This document shows positions 8,713 through 16,985 of a stretch of DNA of 32,000 nucleotides, one piece after another (within the stretch, counting starts at the first letter, position 1; each line of letters opens with the position of its first letter). A model generated the notes under the pieces. It saw only the letters and a program-made list of their open reading frames with translations, was not told the DNA's origin and did not search any database. This DNA is from Candidatus Electronema halotolerans. GTDB lineage: Bacteria > Desulfobacterota > Desulfobulbia > Desulfobulbales > Desulfobulbaceae. A program made the position numbers and the translations under genes. The stretch spans positions 180,001-212,000 of the forward strand of contig OW818675.1 of assembly GCA_942493095.1 (NCBI GenBank), written 5' to 3'.

Positions 8713-9756
8713 ATGAAAATCACCAAAAATTTTATCATTGCAGCAGTTGTGGTTCTGGCTCTGATCGCGGGAACTTGGGGCCAGAATCAGGCGAATCACC
8801 GCAAGGAACTTGCCAAGGAGAACACCGCGCTTCAGGCCGAGCTGAAAAAGGCGGATGATGATGTCAAACAAGCTGCTGAACTGCGGGCTGAACTGGAGCG
8901 GCAGAAAGACGAGCTGCAGCAGATGCGGAGCCGTTTCAACAAGGCCCAGCAGAAGCTGGATGAGCTGGACAAGGAAAAACAGGCTCTTGCAGAGAAAGCA
9001 GCCGCTCAGGACAAGGCTGTCAAAGCCCTTGAGGCGGAAAAGGAAAATCTGCTCAAAGCGGCTGAGGCCATGAAGCATTCCTCAGCAGCGGCCACAGCCC
9101 AGCAGCTTGCGGCGGCGCAGAAAAAAATGGATGCGTTGCAAAAAATGTGCGCTCAGGAAAAATCAGGGCTGAGGCAGCAGATGAGCGAGCAGGAAGCTGC
9201 CTTGAAAGCGCAGATGGCCAAGGAGCAGGCGGCAATAAAAAACCAGATGGCGCAAAAAGAGGCAGCCTTGCAGAAGCAGATGGCCCAGCAGGAAGCGGCC
9301 TTGCAGAAGCAGATTGCCGAGCAGAAGGCGACGCTGAAGGAGCAGGAGCAGAAGCTGACTTCCGCAGCTCAGATCATCCAAAACGAGCAGAAACAGCTCA
9401 AGAGCTGCCAGGGAGAGCTGGGTGAGGTGCGGCCTGCCTTGGAAAAAACGCAGCGCGAGCTGAAAGACTTGGAGGCTGCCAGCCAGCAGCTGGAAGAGGA
9501 GCGCGACAAAATCCTTGCTGATGCGGACACCCTGCGGGCGCAGGTCATTGGCTTGGAAAAAATGGTTGAGGAGCGGAACACGGCTCTTGATCAGACCGGC
9601 AAGGAGCTGGAACGCTGCAATATCAACAACAATGTCCTGATTTCGCAGATTTCGCAGCTGGGCGGCGTGCAGCAAGGCGGTTTTGAGCTGCAAAGGAAGA
9701 CAAAGCAGGACATGCCGCTGCCGGAGCAGAGAAAAGTGCCGGTTCAGAAGCAGTAA
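8713..9756 (+). CDS. Membrane-anchored long coiled-coil protein
   Basis: N-terminal TM 'FIIAAVVVLALIAG' followed by continuous heptad/hendecad coiled coil rich in E/Q/K/A. Confidence 0.65.
   Translation: MKITKNFIIAAVVVLALIAGTWGQNQANHRKELAKENTALQAELKKADDDVKQAAELRAELERQKDELQQMRSRFNKAQQKLDELDKEKQALAEKAAAQDKAVKALEAEKENLLKAAEAMKHSSAAATAQQLAAAQKKMDALQKMCAQEKSGLRQQMSEQEAALKAQMAKEQAAIKNQMAQKEAALQKQMAQQEAALQKQIAEQKATLKEQEQKLTSAAQIIQNEQKQLKSCQGELGEVRPALEKTQRELKDLEAASQQLEEERDKILADADTLRAQVIGLEKMVEERNTALDQTGKELERCNINNNVLISQISQLGGVQQGGFELQRKTKQDMPLPEQRKVPVQKQ
9169..9366 (+). repeat. In-frame 33-bp (11-aa hendecad) coding repeat, about 6 units
   Basis: 'CAG ATG/ATT' occurs at 9178, 9211, 9244, 9277 and 9310 at exact 33-bp spacing; protein units ALKAQMAKEQA/AIKNQMAQKEA/ALQKQMAQQEA/ALQKQIAEQKA. 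Confidence 0.85.
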
Positions 9757-9780
9757 TTGCGGTGCGGCTGGGGTTCTTTG

Positions 9781-9808
9781 AGGCTCAGGACAATGCTGTC
9801 TTGAGCCT
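9781..9808 (+). terminator. Putative Rho-independent terminator
   Basis: 12-bp inverted repeat AGGCTCAGGACA-ATGC-TGTCTTGAGCCT with one G/T mismatch, followed by TGTCTTTT shortly after the 9756 stop. Confidence 0.55.
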
Positions 9809-9861
9809 TGTCTTTTGCTCGTCTGTAATGCTCTCAAGCCGTTGGAGGCGTTGCGCAGCCC

Positions 9862-10383
9862 ATGCCTGACTGGCTTCATTCCCTGTATGCAGCCACCTTT
9901 GCCAATGTCCATTGCTGGGCTTTTCTGGCAGCCATGCCGTTCATAGTCGCCGGATTTGCCGGCATCGTCTTTCCAGCCCTGCCCGGCACCATTCTGATTG
10001 CGGGCGGTTTTCTCGTCTATGGCCTGATCACCGGCTTTGACAGCCTGTCAGTGTGGTTCTTTGTCGGCCAAGGCGTGCTGATTGCTCTTGGCTATGCCGT
10101 GGATTTTCTCGCCACAGCGTGGGGCGTGCGAAAGTTTGGCGGCTCCAAGGCCGCAGCCTGGGGCGCGGCAATAGGTTCACTGTTAGTCTTTGTCATTGGC
10201 CCGATTGGCATTCTGCTCGGCCCGCTGCTCGGCGCAATTGTCGGCGAGCTGCTCATGGGCGAGCAGGTCAAGCAGGCTTTGCATTCCGGCATAGGCTCGT
10301 TTCTCGGCTTTATCGGCGGCGTAGTGGCCAAGATGCTGCTTGCCGGAATCATGGTCGCGTGGTTTATCTTCGAGATATACTGA
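9862..10383 (+). CDS. DUF456 family membrane protein
   Basis: Multiple TM segments with glycine-rich '[23 protein letters not shown]', '[18 protein letters not shown]' typical of DUF456. Confidence 0.8.
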   Translation: MPDWLHSLYAATFANVHCWAFLAAMPFIVAGFAGIVFPALPGTILIAGGFLVYGLITGFDSLSVWFFVGQGVLIALGYAVDFLATAWGVRKFGGSKAAAWGAAIGSLLVFVIGPIGILLGPLLGAIVGELLMGEQVKQALHSGIGSFLGFIGGVVAKMLLAGIMVAWFIFEIY

Positions 10384-10394
10384 TTTCAGAAAAA

Positions 10395-10772
10395 ATGCTT
10401 GAACTCAATTTCACCAAAGGAACAGACGGCCTGCTGCCTGCCATTGCCCAGGATGCAGTCAGCGGAGAAGTGCTGATGCTGGCTTATATCAATGAGGAAT
10501 CGTGGCGGAAAACCTTGGCGACCGGCAAGGCGCATTACTGGAGCCGCTCGCGCAGCAAGCTCTGGCTCAAGGGCGAATCCTCCGGCCATATACAGCTTGT
10601 AAAAGAAATTCTGGTGGACTGCGATTTGGATACGGTAGTATTCAAGGTGGAGCAGCTTGGCGGCGCAGCCTGCCATACTGGTCATCGGAGCTGCTTTTAC
10701 CGCAAGGTGCAGGGCGAGGAACTGGAAGTCCAAGGCAAGCCGGTTTTTGATCCGGCCAAGGTTTATGGCTGA
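10395..10772 (+). CDS. hisI: Phosphoribosyl-AMP cyclohydrolase
   Basis: '[84 protein letters not shown]'; internal ATG at 10395 of the longer track ORF. Confidence 0.95.
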   Translation: MLELNFTKGTDGLLPAIAQDAVSGEVLMLAYINEESWRKTLATGKAHYWSRSRSKLWLKGESSGHIQLVKEILVDCDLDTVVFKVEQLGGAACHTGHRSCFYRKVQGEELEVQGKPVFDPAKVYG

Positions 10773-10787
10773 TCGGCAAAAAGAACT

Positions 10788-11279
10788 ATGAGGCCGGATC
10801 ATCTGAATTTGATTTTACTCTTCCTGCTGCTGCTCGTTGCCGTTTGTGCGGTTTGGAAGTTCCATCCCTCATACAGCGAACTGCGTTCCAAGTGGAAACG
10901 GCAGATTGGATTAGGTGCGGCAGGCTTCTTCTTGTGGATTTTTCTTTTTTTGCCTTCAGTCATAACCTATTGCGGCAACAAGCAGCCAATAGTTCATGCG
11001 ACAGTAGGAGTATTTGCTGCGGCCAGTGTTTTCTTTGGTGTAAGATATGGCATCCGTCGTATTCTATCAGTTATTGCAGTGACGATTTTGGCGGGAATAT
11101 CGCTAAGTCATTACTTTTCTTTGGTGGAAAGTGGTGACTTCATCGGCACAACTGATATGAGCAGTTTTGACAACCACAACGAAGAAGAGAAATACTGCTC
11201 GGCTGAAGAGCTTTGGCATACGCCAATCACGCGATTGTATCGGCTGCATTGCAAAAGATTGGTGACGAACGAAAAATGA
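10788..11279 (+). CDS. Hypothetical membrane protein
   Basis: ORF with about three hydrophobic segments; no recognised family. Confidence 0.5.
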   Translation: MRPDHLNLILLFLLLLVAVCAVWKFHPSYSELRSKWKRQIGLGAAGFFLWIFLFLPSVITYCGNKQPIVHATVGVFAAASVFFGVRYGIRRILSVIAVTILAGISLSHYFSLVESGDFIGTTDMSSFDNHNEEEKYCSAEELWHTPITRLYRLHCKRLVTNEK

Positions 11280-11428
11280 TGGCTCTCCGATAATTTCCGG
11301 GGTTGTAATTCCAGTGCTTTTGGTGGTGTGAAGGACTTACCGGAATGCACGAGCTGACCTTTGTCAATGAGAGCAATTTTATCGCTCACCTTGAAACGAT
11401 GGTAAAAAATTAAGAAGTAGTTTACCTC

Positions 11429-13894
11429 ATGCAAAAAACTCTCATCATCGCTGAAAAGCCCAGCGTTGCCGCTGACATCGTCAAGGCTCTGCCTGGCAAA
11501 TTTGATCGGCAGAAGACCCATTTTGAAGGCGACAACTACATTGTTTCCTACGCCATTGGCCATTTGGTTTCCATCGGCTTTCCTGAAGAAATCGACCCAG
11601 CTCTGCAAAAATGGGCCTTGGACAACCTGCCTATTCTGCCGGAGATATTCCCCCTGACCGTCCTGCCAGACAGCAAGACCCAGTACAACGCCCTGAGCAA
11701 GCTGCTCAAGCGCAAGGACGTGGAGATGGTGATCAACGCCTGCGACGCGGGCCGCGAAGGCGAACTGATCTTCAAATACATCTTCAGGCAGGTTTTTTCC
11801 AAGCCGCCCAAGGGTAAAATCATCCGCCGCCTCTGGCTCCAGTCCATGACCTTGGATGCGATCAAGGACGGCCTGCGCCATCTGCGCGAAGATCAGGAAA
11901 TGGTGCCGCTCGAACATGCCGCCCTGTGCCGCTCCGAGGCGGACTGGCTGATCGGCATCAACGCCACCCGCGCCCTGACCTGCTACAACTCACGCCACGG
12001 CGGCTTCCGCAAAACCCCCTGCGGCAGGGTGCAGACCCCGACACTGTCGCTCTTAGTCAAGCGCGAGGAGGAGCGGCGGGCCTTTGTGCCCAAGGATTAC
12101 TGGGAGCTGCATGCCCAGTTTGCCTGCGGCCCGGTCAGCTATCAGGGCGTGTGGATTGATCCCTCGTTCAAGAAAGATCAGGATGACCCGGAGGGCAATA
12201 AAAAGCGAATCTGGAAGGAGGAGCAGGCTGCCGAGATTGCTGCAAAATGCGCAGGAAAAACTGCCAAGGTTGAGGAGGAAAGCAAAAAGGTCAGCCAAGC
12301 TCCGACCAAGCTCTATGACCTGACCACCTTGCAGCGCGAGGCCAACTCCCGCTTTGGTTTTTCGGCGAAAAACACCCTCAGCTTGGCCCAGAGCCTGTAT
12401 GAGCACCACAAGCTGATCACCTATCCTCGCACGGAAAGCTCCTGCCTGCCGGAAGATTATCTGCCGCAGGTGAAAGAGGTGCTGGCCCGGCAGCAGAACT
12501 GGCAGCATGGCCGTTTTGCCGCCCAAGCCTTGGAGCAAGGCTGGCCGGATGAAAATGCCAAGAACAAGCGGCTCTTCAATAATAAGAAGATCAGCGACCA
12601 CTTTGCCCTGATTCCCACGGTCAATCTGCCCGACAATCTGAACGAGGCCGAGCTGAAGGTCTATCAGATGATTGTGCAGCGGTTTATTGCGATGTTCTTT
12701 CCAGCGGCAATCTTTGATCAAACCCGCCGTTTGTCCGTGGTTGCGGGCGAGACCTTTCTCACGGAAGGCAAGATTTTGGTTGAGCCGGGCTGGAAGGCGG
12801 TCTATGGGGCAACGACCGGAACTGGTGATGCCAAGACGTTGGAGGCGCTGCCTGCGAAAACAGCGGTTGTCTGCGCTGAGATTGAGCAGAAAAAGCTGGA
12901 GACCAAGCCGTCGCCCCGCTACTCTGAGGCGACCCTGCTTTCCGCAATGGAGCACTCTGGCAAGTTGGTTGAGGACGAGGAGCTGGCTGAGGCGATGAAG
13001 GAACGCGGTCTTGGCACGCCAGCCACCCGGGCCGCGATTATTGAAAAACTGCTTTCGGAAAAGTATGTGGTCCGCGAGCAGAAAGAGCTGGTGCCGACCG
13101 GCAAGGCCTTTGAGCTGATTGCTCTCTTGGCGGCGCAGAAGATCGAGGTGCTGGCCTCGCCGGAACTGACCGGTGAATGGGAGTTTAAACTTTCTCAGAT
13201 TCTCAAGGGCAAGATAACCCGCGAGCAGTTCATGCGGGAGATTCGTCAGCAGACTGCCACTATTGTTGAAAAAGTCAAGGCAGGCGGCCCGCCCCGCCAA
13301 GAGGCTTCCTTCTCACCCGTGGATGGGCAGCGCTTTTTTGAGACCACCACGGCCTATGAATCCGAAGACCGCAGCTTGATGATTCGCAAGATTCTGGGCG
13401 GGCGGATTATGGCAGAGGAGGAGATTGTCCGCCTGATCAAGGGCGAGACGGTCGGGCCATACACGGACTTCCGCTCCAAGAAGGGCAAGCCGTTCACTGC
13501 CTCAGTGCTGATCAAAGACTCCAAGATCTCGTTTCAGTTTGCTGATTCAACCGACGGTCTGGACTTGGAGGCGATCAAGGAGCAGGAGCCGCTCGGCATC
13601 TCGCCGGTTGATCAGACTAAGGTTTATGAAGCGCCAATGGCGTATATGTCCGAATCCGCCTTGGCAGGCGACCAGAAAAAAGGGCTGCGCATTGGCAAGA
13701 TCATCTTGGAGCGGCCCATCAGCCGGGAGCATGTTTGTCAGCTACTCAGAGACGGCAAGACCGAGCTGATCACTGGCTTTATTTCCAAGCGCAAGCGGCC
13801 TTTTGATGCCTACCTGCTCTTGGACGGCAAGGGCAAGGTGAGCTTTGAATTTCCGCCGCGCAAAGGCAGAAGCAAGGGCAATGACAACGAATGA
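11429..13894 (+). CDS. topB: DNA topoisomerase III (type IA)
   Basis: N-terminal Toprim 'TLIIAEKPSVAADI', 'NACDAGREGELIFKYI', 'RLWLQSMTLDAI', 'TPCGRVQTPTLSLLVKRE'; C-terminal topoisomerase-associated repeats. Confidence 0.95.
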   Translation: MQKTLIIAEKPSVAADIVKALPGKFDRQKTHFEGDNYIVSYAIGHLVSIGFPEEIDPALQKWALDNLPILPEIFPLTVLPDSKTQYNALSKLLKRKDVEMVINACDAGREGELIFKYIFRQVFSKPPKGKIIRRLWLQSMTLDAIKDGLRHLREDQEMVPLEHAALCRSEADWLIGINATRALTCYNSRHGGFRKTPCGRVQTPTLSLLVKREEERRAFVPKDYWELHAQFACGPVSYQGVWIDPSFKKDQDDPEGNKKRIWKEEQAAEIAAKCAGKTAKVEEESKKVSQAPTKLYDLTTLQREANSRFGFSAKNTLSLAQSLYEHHKLITYPRTESSCLPEDYLPQVKEVLARQQNWQHGRFAAQALEQGWPDENAKNKRLFNNKKISDHFALIPTVNLPDNLNEAELKVYQMIVQRFIAMFFPAAIFDQTRRLSVVAGETFLTEGKILVEPGWKAVYGATTGTGDAKTLEALPAKTAVVCAEIEQKKLETKPSPRYSEATLLSAMEHSGKLVEDEELAEAMKERGLGTPATRAAIIEKLLSEKYVVREQKELVPTGKAFELIALLAAQKIEVLASPELTGEWEFKLSQILKGKITREQFMREIRQQTATIVEKVKAGGPPRQEASFSPVDGQRFFETTTAYESEDRSLMIRKILGGRIMAEEEIVRLIKGETVGPYTDFRSKKGKPFTASVLIKDSKISFQFADSTDGLDLEAIKEQEPLGISPVDQTKVYEAPMAYMSESALAGDQKKGLRIGKIILERPISREHVCQLLRDGKTELITGFISKRKRPFDAYLLLDGKGKVSFEFPPRKGRSKGNDNE

Positions 13895-13903
13895 CCTGCC
13901 GCA

Positions 13904-14077
13904 TCAGTCGTAAATGATGCAGTTGTGCTGTTCGAGCAGCTTTTCCGTTTCCCGGTCCAGTTCTGCGGCCAGTTCGTGAATCCGGTGCTCTCTGCCGCAA
14001 TGCTCGCAGCAGAGGCGGACCTGCTTGCACCGTCTGACTATCTTCAATTTGTTATGGCCGCATTGTCTGCACTGCAT
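13904..14077 (-). CDS. Small double-CxxC zinc-ribbon-like protein
   Basis: 'MQCRQCGHNKLKIVRRCKQVRLCCEHCGREHRIHEL'; AGGAGG upstream of ATG at 14077. Confidence 0.6.
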   Translation of the reverse strand: MQCRQCGHNKLKIVRRCKQVRLCCEHCGREHRIHELAAELDRETEKLLEQHNCIIYD

Positions 14078-14088
14078 ATTGCGCCTCC

Positions 14089-15075
14089 TCAAGCAAGCAG
14101 TTGGCTGCGGGTGAAGACCGCATGAAGCGGGCAGCCGACTGCGGCCAAGGCTTCAGCCCCGCCTTCTTCGCGGTCAACCACGGTTGCGGCCAAAGCCACC
14201 TTGAAGCCCGCCTGCTCCACCCGCTCAATCACTTTGATCAACGTGCCGCCGGTGGTGACCACATCCTCCAGCAGGACCACCGCGCAGCCGGGCTGAAGGT
14301 TGTTCTGGCCCTCCAGACAGTTGCCTGTGCCGTGCCCCTTGGCCTCCTTGCGGACAATGAAAGCCGGAATCGGGCTGCCTGCCAGATGGCTGACAATCGA
14401 GACTGCTGTCACCAAGGGGTCTGCGCCAAGCGTCATGCCGCCCACGCCGCCGACCGGCTGCGATGCCTGCCGGATCAGCTCAAAGAGCAGCCTGCCGCAA
14501 AGATAGCCGCCTTCGGCATCCAAGGTGGTCTGCTTGCCGTCAATATAGAAATCAGAGGTTTTGCCGGAACTGAGGGTGAAGGTGCCGGTGCGGCAGGATT
14601 TTGCCAGCAGCAGTTCCTTGAGCCGCTGCCGTTCGTCAGCCATGCCGCCATTGACGACAATCCGCTGCTTGGGTGGCAGGAGCTGCAGCTCGGCAGCGCG
14701 GGCCACGTTCTGGAAAATATCCGGCAGCAGGGCGGCAGCCTCGGAAACCGGCACCCAGCGCCGTTCCCGGTCAGTCTCCCACACAGCCGTTTCACCGCAG
14801 ACTGTGGCTAAATAAAAGGTGTAGCGGATAATTCTGCCGTTTTCCGCCGCCGCCTCTGATTCGGCCAGTTTTGCGCCAAGATTGACGCAGTAGCCTGACT
14901 CTTCCACGCATTCCCGCGCCGCCGCCTCTTTGACAGATTCCTCCGGCTCCACGCCGCCGACCGGAAAGACCCAACCGCCTTTGTTTTTGCGGGAACTGAC
15001 CAAGAGCACCAGCGGCTCCTTGCCTTGCTCGTACTGACAGACCACCGCCCCGGCCTTTTCTTTCACAGATTGCAT
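14089..15075 (-). CDS. pyrE: NUDIX hydrolase–orotate phosphoribosyltransferase fusion
   Basis: N-terminal Nudix box 'GGVEPEESVKEAAARECVEESG'; C-terminal OPRTase 'SGKTSDFYIDGKQTTLDAEGGYLCGRLLFELI', 'RKEAKGHGTGNCLEG', PRPP loop 'VVLLEDVVTTGGT'. Confidence 0.9.
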   Translation of the reverse strand: MQSVKEKAGAVVCQYEQGKEPLVLLVSSRKNKGGWVFPVGGVEPEESVKEAAARECVEESGYCVNLGAKLAESEAAAENGRIIRYTFYLATVCGETAVWETDRERRWVPVSEAAALLPDIFQNVARAAELQLLPPKQRIVVNGGMADERQRLKELLLAKSCRTGTFTLSSGKTSDFYIDGKQTTLDAEGGYLCGRLLFELIRQASQPVGGVGGMTLGADPLVTAVSIVSHLAGSPIPAFIVRKEAKGHGTGNCLEGQNNLQPGCAVVLLEDVVTTGGTLIKVIERVEQAGFKVALAATVVDREEGGAEALAAVGCPLHAVFTRSQLLA

Positions 15076-15385
15076 GGCTGCTCCTTGTCCTGCGCGGACT
15101 TGCTTGTCCGGCGAATTATTTTGTTCATAGCCGCCCCGCTCAATGCAATGATGCCGCTTTGAGCAGGCAAAGTGAATTCCTGTCCTGTCTTGTCGGCAAG
15201 GGCAGGGCGCATGGCATCAGGGATGGACAACGGAAACGTGCTGGAGAGTTTTGCCTGAAGCATGATTGCACCTTTTCTCCATCGTGCGTTGTTGAAGTCC
15301 GCCGCAGGGCTGGCAAACGGCTGGAATGAAGGAAGCTGCGGCAGGATGAGGCGAGAAGATCAGATCGGACAGCGGAAATCCACTA

Positions 15386-15473
15386 TGGTGCCGGAGGTCG
15401 GAATCGAACCGACATGGGCGCAAGGCCCGCTGGATTTTGAGTCCAGTGCGTCTACCAGTTTCACCACTCCGGC
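15386..15473 (-). tRNA. tRNA-Leu (anticodon CAA)
   Basis: Reverse complement GCCGGAGTGGTGAAACTGGTAGACGCACTGGACTCAAAATCCAG...GTCGGTTCGATTCCGACCTCCGGCACCA; 7-bp acceptor stem, anticodon loop CTCAAAA, encoded CCA. Confidence 0.95.
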
Positions 15474-15555
15474 ACAAGGACACCATTCAGCTTAATCTAC
15501 CCATAATCCCCTCTGCTGTCAAGCGGATTGAAGGCACTTTCAACCCTCTTTTCGC

Positions 15556-16632
15556 CTACGCTGTCCTCACATCCAGCACATCGACCAGCCTGCCGCTGTA
15601 GCTGTTGCGGATCAACTCCCAGAGGGCGGCGTAATCATTGACCGTAATGTTCAGGCTGCTGACAGGCGAACCTGTAAAACCGGGCAGGGTGAAATCGCCG
15701 TTCTGCGTCACCAGCACTTCTGCGCCTGCCGCCCCGCCTTCCTGCATATCGAGCAATGAGAAGAGCAGCCGCTCTTCAGCCACATCTTGCAGCACCTGAA
15801 TGCGCAGCTTCGTGTCTGCGCTGACCGTGCCGCCGGTCACGCTCACATTGGGACTGGCCGCGCTGCCGGTGAGAACGCCGACTTCGGGCGGATTAGGATG
15901 GCCGAAATTCGTCAGGACCAAGGGTGTGCGCAGCCGCCTGCGGTAGGTGCCGGTGCGCAGGGTGCCGTGCTCGGTGTAGCGCATGGAGACCGACAGCGTG
16001 TATTCGTTGTTCCACGGGTCGTCTTGGGCCGGAACAGTCGGAATCAGGATGATGCTGGTGTTGGAAATCGGCCCGAACTGGCTCTGCACCACCCTGCCGC
16101 TGCGGGTGCCGCTGATCACGCATTCGCCGTTGCCCTGCTGCGGCTCAAAGCCGAGATTATCGCCGCTTATCTCAATGACATCAGCACTGACAAGCACATC
16201 GTTGAGCTGCAAGGTGGTGTCTTCGATTTGCTTGATCATGGGCAGCTTTTCGGTCATGTCTTCCCGTTCCAACTGGCCCTGCTGCTGAATCCCTTTCTCA
16301 AAGTTCGCGGTCGCCCGAATCTGCACATGCAGGCAGTCCTCAATCGGCGGCGGCTGGTCGTCTGGACTGTCCAAGCGGCCTGTGAGGGAAATGCTGAAGA
16401 TCAGGCCATCGTCCAAGGTGATGTGCTTGCCCTCAATCAAAGCCTTCTGAATTGTCTGGAGAAACGCGCTGATTGAGGACTTGGCCAAATCCTGGGTCAG
16501 GGCCGGGTTGACCTCGGCCATGCCTGCGGCGACATCGTCCGTGCCGAGGTGGTCGCTGGGAATGAAGCGCATTCTGTAGGACTGGGGCACGGTCAGGGCA
16601 TTGACTTCAGGTTTCCAATGAATTGCAGGCAT
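15556..16632 (-). CDS. HU/IHF-like N-terminal domain protein with DUF4469-like region
   Basis: 'LTQDLAKSSISAFLQTIQKALIEGKHITLDDGLIFSISLTGRL' resembles HU-like DNA-binding domains; C-terminal Ig-like/'DUF4469' style; ATG at 16632 preceded by GGAG. Confidence 0.65.
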   Translation of the reverse strand: MPAIHWKPEVNALTVPQSYRMRFIPSDHLGTDDVAAGMAEVNPALTQDLAKSSISAFLQTIQKALIEGKHITLDDGLIFSISLTGRLDSPDDQPPPIEDCLHVQIRATANFEKGIQQQGQLEREDMTEKLPMIKQIEDTTLQLNDVLVSADVIEISGDNLGFEPQQGNGECVISGTRSGRVVQSQFGPISNTSIILIPTVPAQDDPWNNEYTLSVSMRYTEHGTLRTGTYRRRLRTPLVLTNFGHPNPPEVGVLTGSAASPNVSVTGGTVSADTKLRIQVLQDVAEERLLFSLLDMQEGGAAGAEVLVTQNGDFTLPGFTGSPVSSLNITVNDYAALWELIRNSYSGRLVDVLDVRTA

Positions 16633-16803
16633 GGCGGTTCTCCGAGGCTGAGAAGGTGAGGAGTGAAAAGAACGGTGATTCCCGAAAACTACCTTAAAAA
16701 GCTGCGGCTCTGCTGTCAAGCATTTTTTTTGCCCTGCCGGACGGCTCTTGCCCTGAAGAAGGCAGGCGGCTGATCTGGTAAAAAGTACTGCCGTTCTTTT
16801 TCC

Positions 16804-16930
16804 AAAACAACGAGCGGTGTTTTTCAAAACTACGGGCGGTGTTTTTTAAAACTACGCTCGGTGTTTTCTAAAACTACGCTCGGTGTTTGCTCTGAACTAC
16901 GGGCGGTGTTTTTCAAAACTACGCTCGTTA
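16804..16930. repeat. 22-bp tandem repeat array, six degenerate units
   Basis: Core AAAACTACG(GG/CT)CGGTGTTTT(T); conserved C of AACTAC/AACAAC at 16808, 16830, 16852, 16874, 16897, 16919 (spacing 22,22,22,23,22); each unit has AAAAC...GTTTT dyad symmetry. Confidence 0.9.
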
Positions 16931-16947
16931 CATTTTTCCGGGTACGG

Positions 16948-16985
16948 GCGATGACCAGGACAGGCACAGGGGCCTGTCCCTACCG
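16948..16985. repeat. Short palindromic dispersed-type element
   Basis: 'gaccaggacaggcacaggggcctgtccctacc' contains GACAGGC...GCCTGTC inverted repeat overlapping the 3' end of the DUF1566 gene. Confidence 0.4.

Noticed and set aside
10053-10394. N-terminal extension of the hisI ORF
   Set aside because: Overlaps the DUF456 gene in another frame; recognisable HisI sequence begins at the ATG at 10395.
11111-11917. 268-aa minus-strand ORF
   Set aside because: Mostly antisense to topB and the 10788-11279 gene; no recognisable motif.
15262-15495. Plus-strand ORF ending '...VPEVGIEPTWAQGPLDFESSASTSFTTPAQ'
   Set aside because: This is antisense translation of the tRNA-Leu gene, a well-known spurious ORF pattern.
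15787-16476. 229-aa plus-strand ORF
   Set aside because: Antisense to the HU-like gene; composition typical of a shadow ORF.
16804-16930. CRISPR array
   Set aside because: Units are contiguous 22-mers without unique spacers and no cas genes are present, so it is a tandem repeat.
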